Positions 14,720 to 15,394 of a DNA stretch of 15,394 bases are shown piece by piece. Below the pieces are notes generated by a model. That model ran no database searches. It had not been told where the DNA came from and saw nothing but the letters and a program-made list of their open reading frames with translations. Where the stretch lies: positions 1 to 15,394 of the forward strand of contig JAVVGF010000011.1 in the NCBI GenBank assembly GCA_032249235.1, written 5' to 3'. Numbering within the stretch: position 1 is the first letter of the stretch; every line of letters starts with the position of its first letter. The position numbers and the translations under genes are program-made. This DNA is from Thermoproteota archaeon (GTDB lineage Archaea > Thermoproteota > Thermoprotei > Gearchaeales > Gearchaeaceae).

Positions 14720-15394
14720 TTAGAACAAATCTCCTAACTGGTAACTAACAAATACATCGTTTCCTAAATGATATAAGAGATAAATTTTCTTCATCTTTGC
14801 TTTTTCTACAACTTCCTTCTTTTTCTTAATTCTTTTGAAAATCATTAATGGTTCAAAGTCCTTCATTGAAAGTTTCTCTAATTTTAAGGCAAACTTTTCT
14901 ACTTTTCTAGGTGTGATTGTTTGTTTAATCTCTCCTATCACTTTTAATCTTCTATTGTCCTTTATTGCTTCAATGTATAAATCAAATTCAATCTCATCTA
15001 TAATTTTGGGTTCAAGGTGATCAATTGCATAGCCTTTTGCAATAAGCCAATTTCTTAATCCTCTTCTTACATTATCCTCTAATAGAGAACCTATGCTTCT
15101 GCCCAATCCTCCAACTTCCTTTCTTAATCTTCTTAATGCGATATCATGGCTTAATAAAATTCTACTCATTTCTTCAATGGTTTTTCTTAGTTCGGCAATA
15201 GCTTTAGTATTTTCTTCGGTTCTAGCTCTTAACTCAATTATAGCTTTTGTATTCTCTTCAGTTCTAGCTCTTAGTTCAGCAATTGCTTTGGTGTTTTCCT
15301 CGGTTCTAACCTTAAGCTCAGATATAGCTAGTCTTAATTCAGCAATTGCTTTGGTGTTTTCTTCAGTTCTTGATCTTAGCTCAACAATAGCTTT
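14720..15394 (-). CDS. Tandem-repeat coiled-coil protein with C-terminal PD-(D/E)XK nuclease-like domain, 5'-truncated
   Basis: The frame stays open for 75 codons upstream of ATG 15169, to the window edge. The C-terminal domain has LLEDNV (E), IEFDLY (D) and IGEIK (ExK). The architecture resembles archaeal DUF3782/DUF1626/paREP-like proteins. Confidence 0.75.
   Translation of the reverse strand, partial: KAIVELRSRTEENTKAIAELRLAISELKVRTEENTKAIAELRARTEENTKAIIELRARTEENTKAIAELRKTIEEMSRILLSHDIALRRLRKEVGGLGRSIGSLLEDNVRRGLRNWLIAKGYAIDHLEPKIIDEIEFDLYIEAIKDNRRLKVIGEIKQTITPRKVEKFALKLEKLSMKDFEPLMIFKRIKKKKEVVEKAKMKKIYLLYHLGNDVFVSYQLGDLF
15167..15394 (-). repeat. In-frame 42-nt (14-aa) tandem repeat, consensus KAIAELRARTEENT
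   Basis: Translation from 15394: KAIVELRSRTEENT / KAIAELR-LAISELK-VRTEENT / KAIAELRARTEENT / KAIIELRARTEENT / KAIAELRKTIEEM. The array runs to the window edge. Confidence 0.92.

Noticed and set aside
14835-15020. 61-aa + strand ORF
   Set aside because: Antisense shadow of the nuclease-like domain.
15167-15394. 42-nt repeats read as a CRISPR array
   Set aside because: The units are contiguous and in frame, vary mostly at synonymous positions, and have no unique spacers. No cas genes are present.

Overview
AT-rich (about 30% GC by eye), gene-dense window that looks archaeal, probably Thermoproteota/TACK-like. The basis is TATA boxes 21-32 nt upstream of start codons (leaderless layout), ATGA/GTGA gene overlaps, a class III-type signal peptide and a coiled-coil PD-(D/E)XK protein. 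It holds 18 plausible CDSs: a 5'-truncated APC permease, a metallophosphoesterase, an orphan ABC-2 permease, an LLM oxidoreductase-CPBP protease-MenA operon, a thioesterase-nitrilase-DUF1152 operon, a Liv-type ABC importer split into two convergent halves, paaI, paaK plus a coupled 61-aa ORF, and a 5'-truncated repeat coiled-coil nuclease-like gene. The best candidate for an undescribed system is the combination of aryl-acid import, CoA activation, two thioesterases and a MenA prenyltransferase operon, with no ring-degradation or core men genes in view. That reading is a hypothesis drawn from gene neighbourhood. No rRNA, tRNA, CRISPR array or transposase was seen. All family calls come from motif recognition, not database searches.
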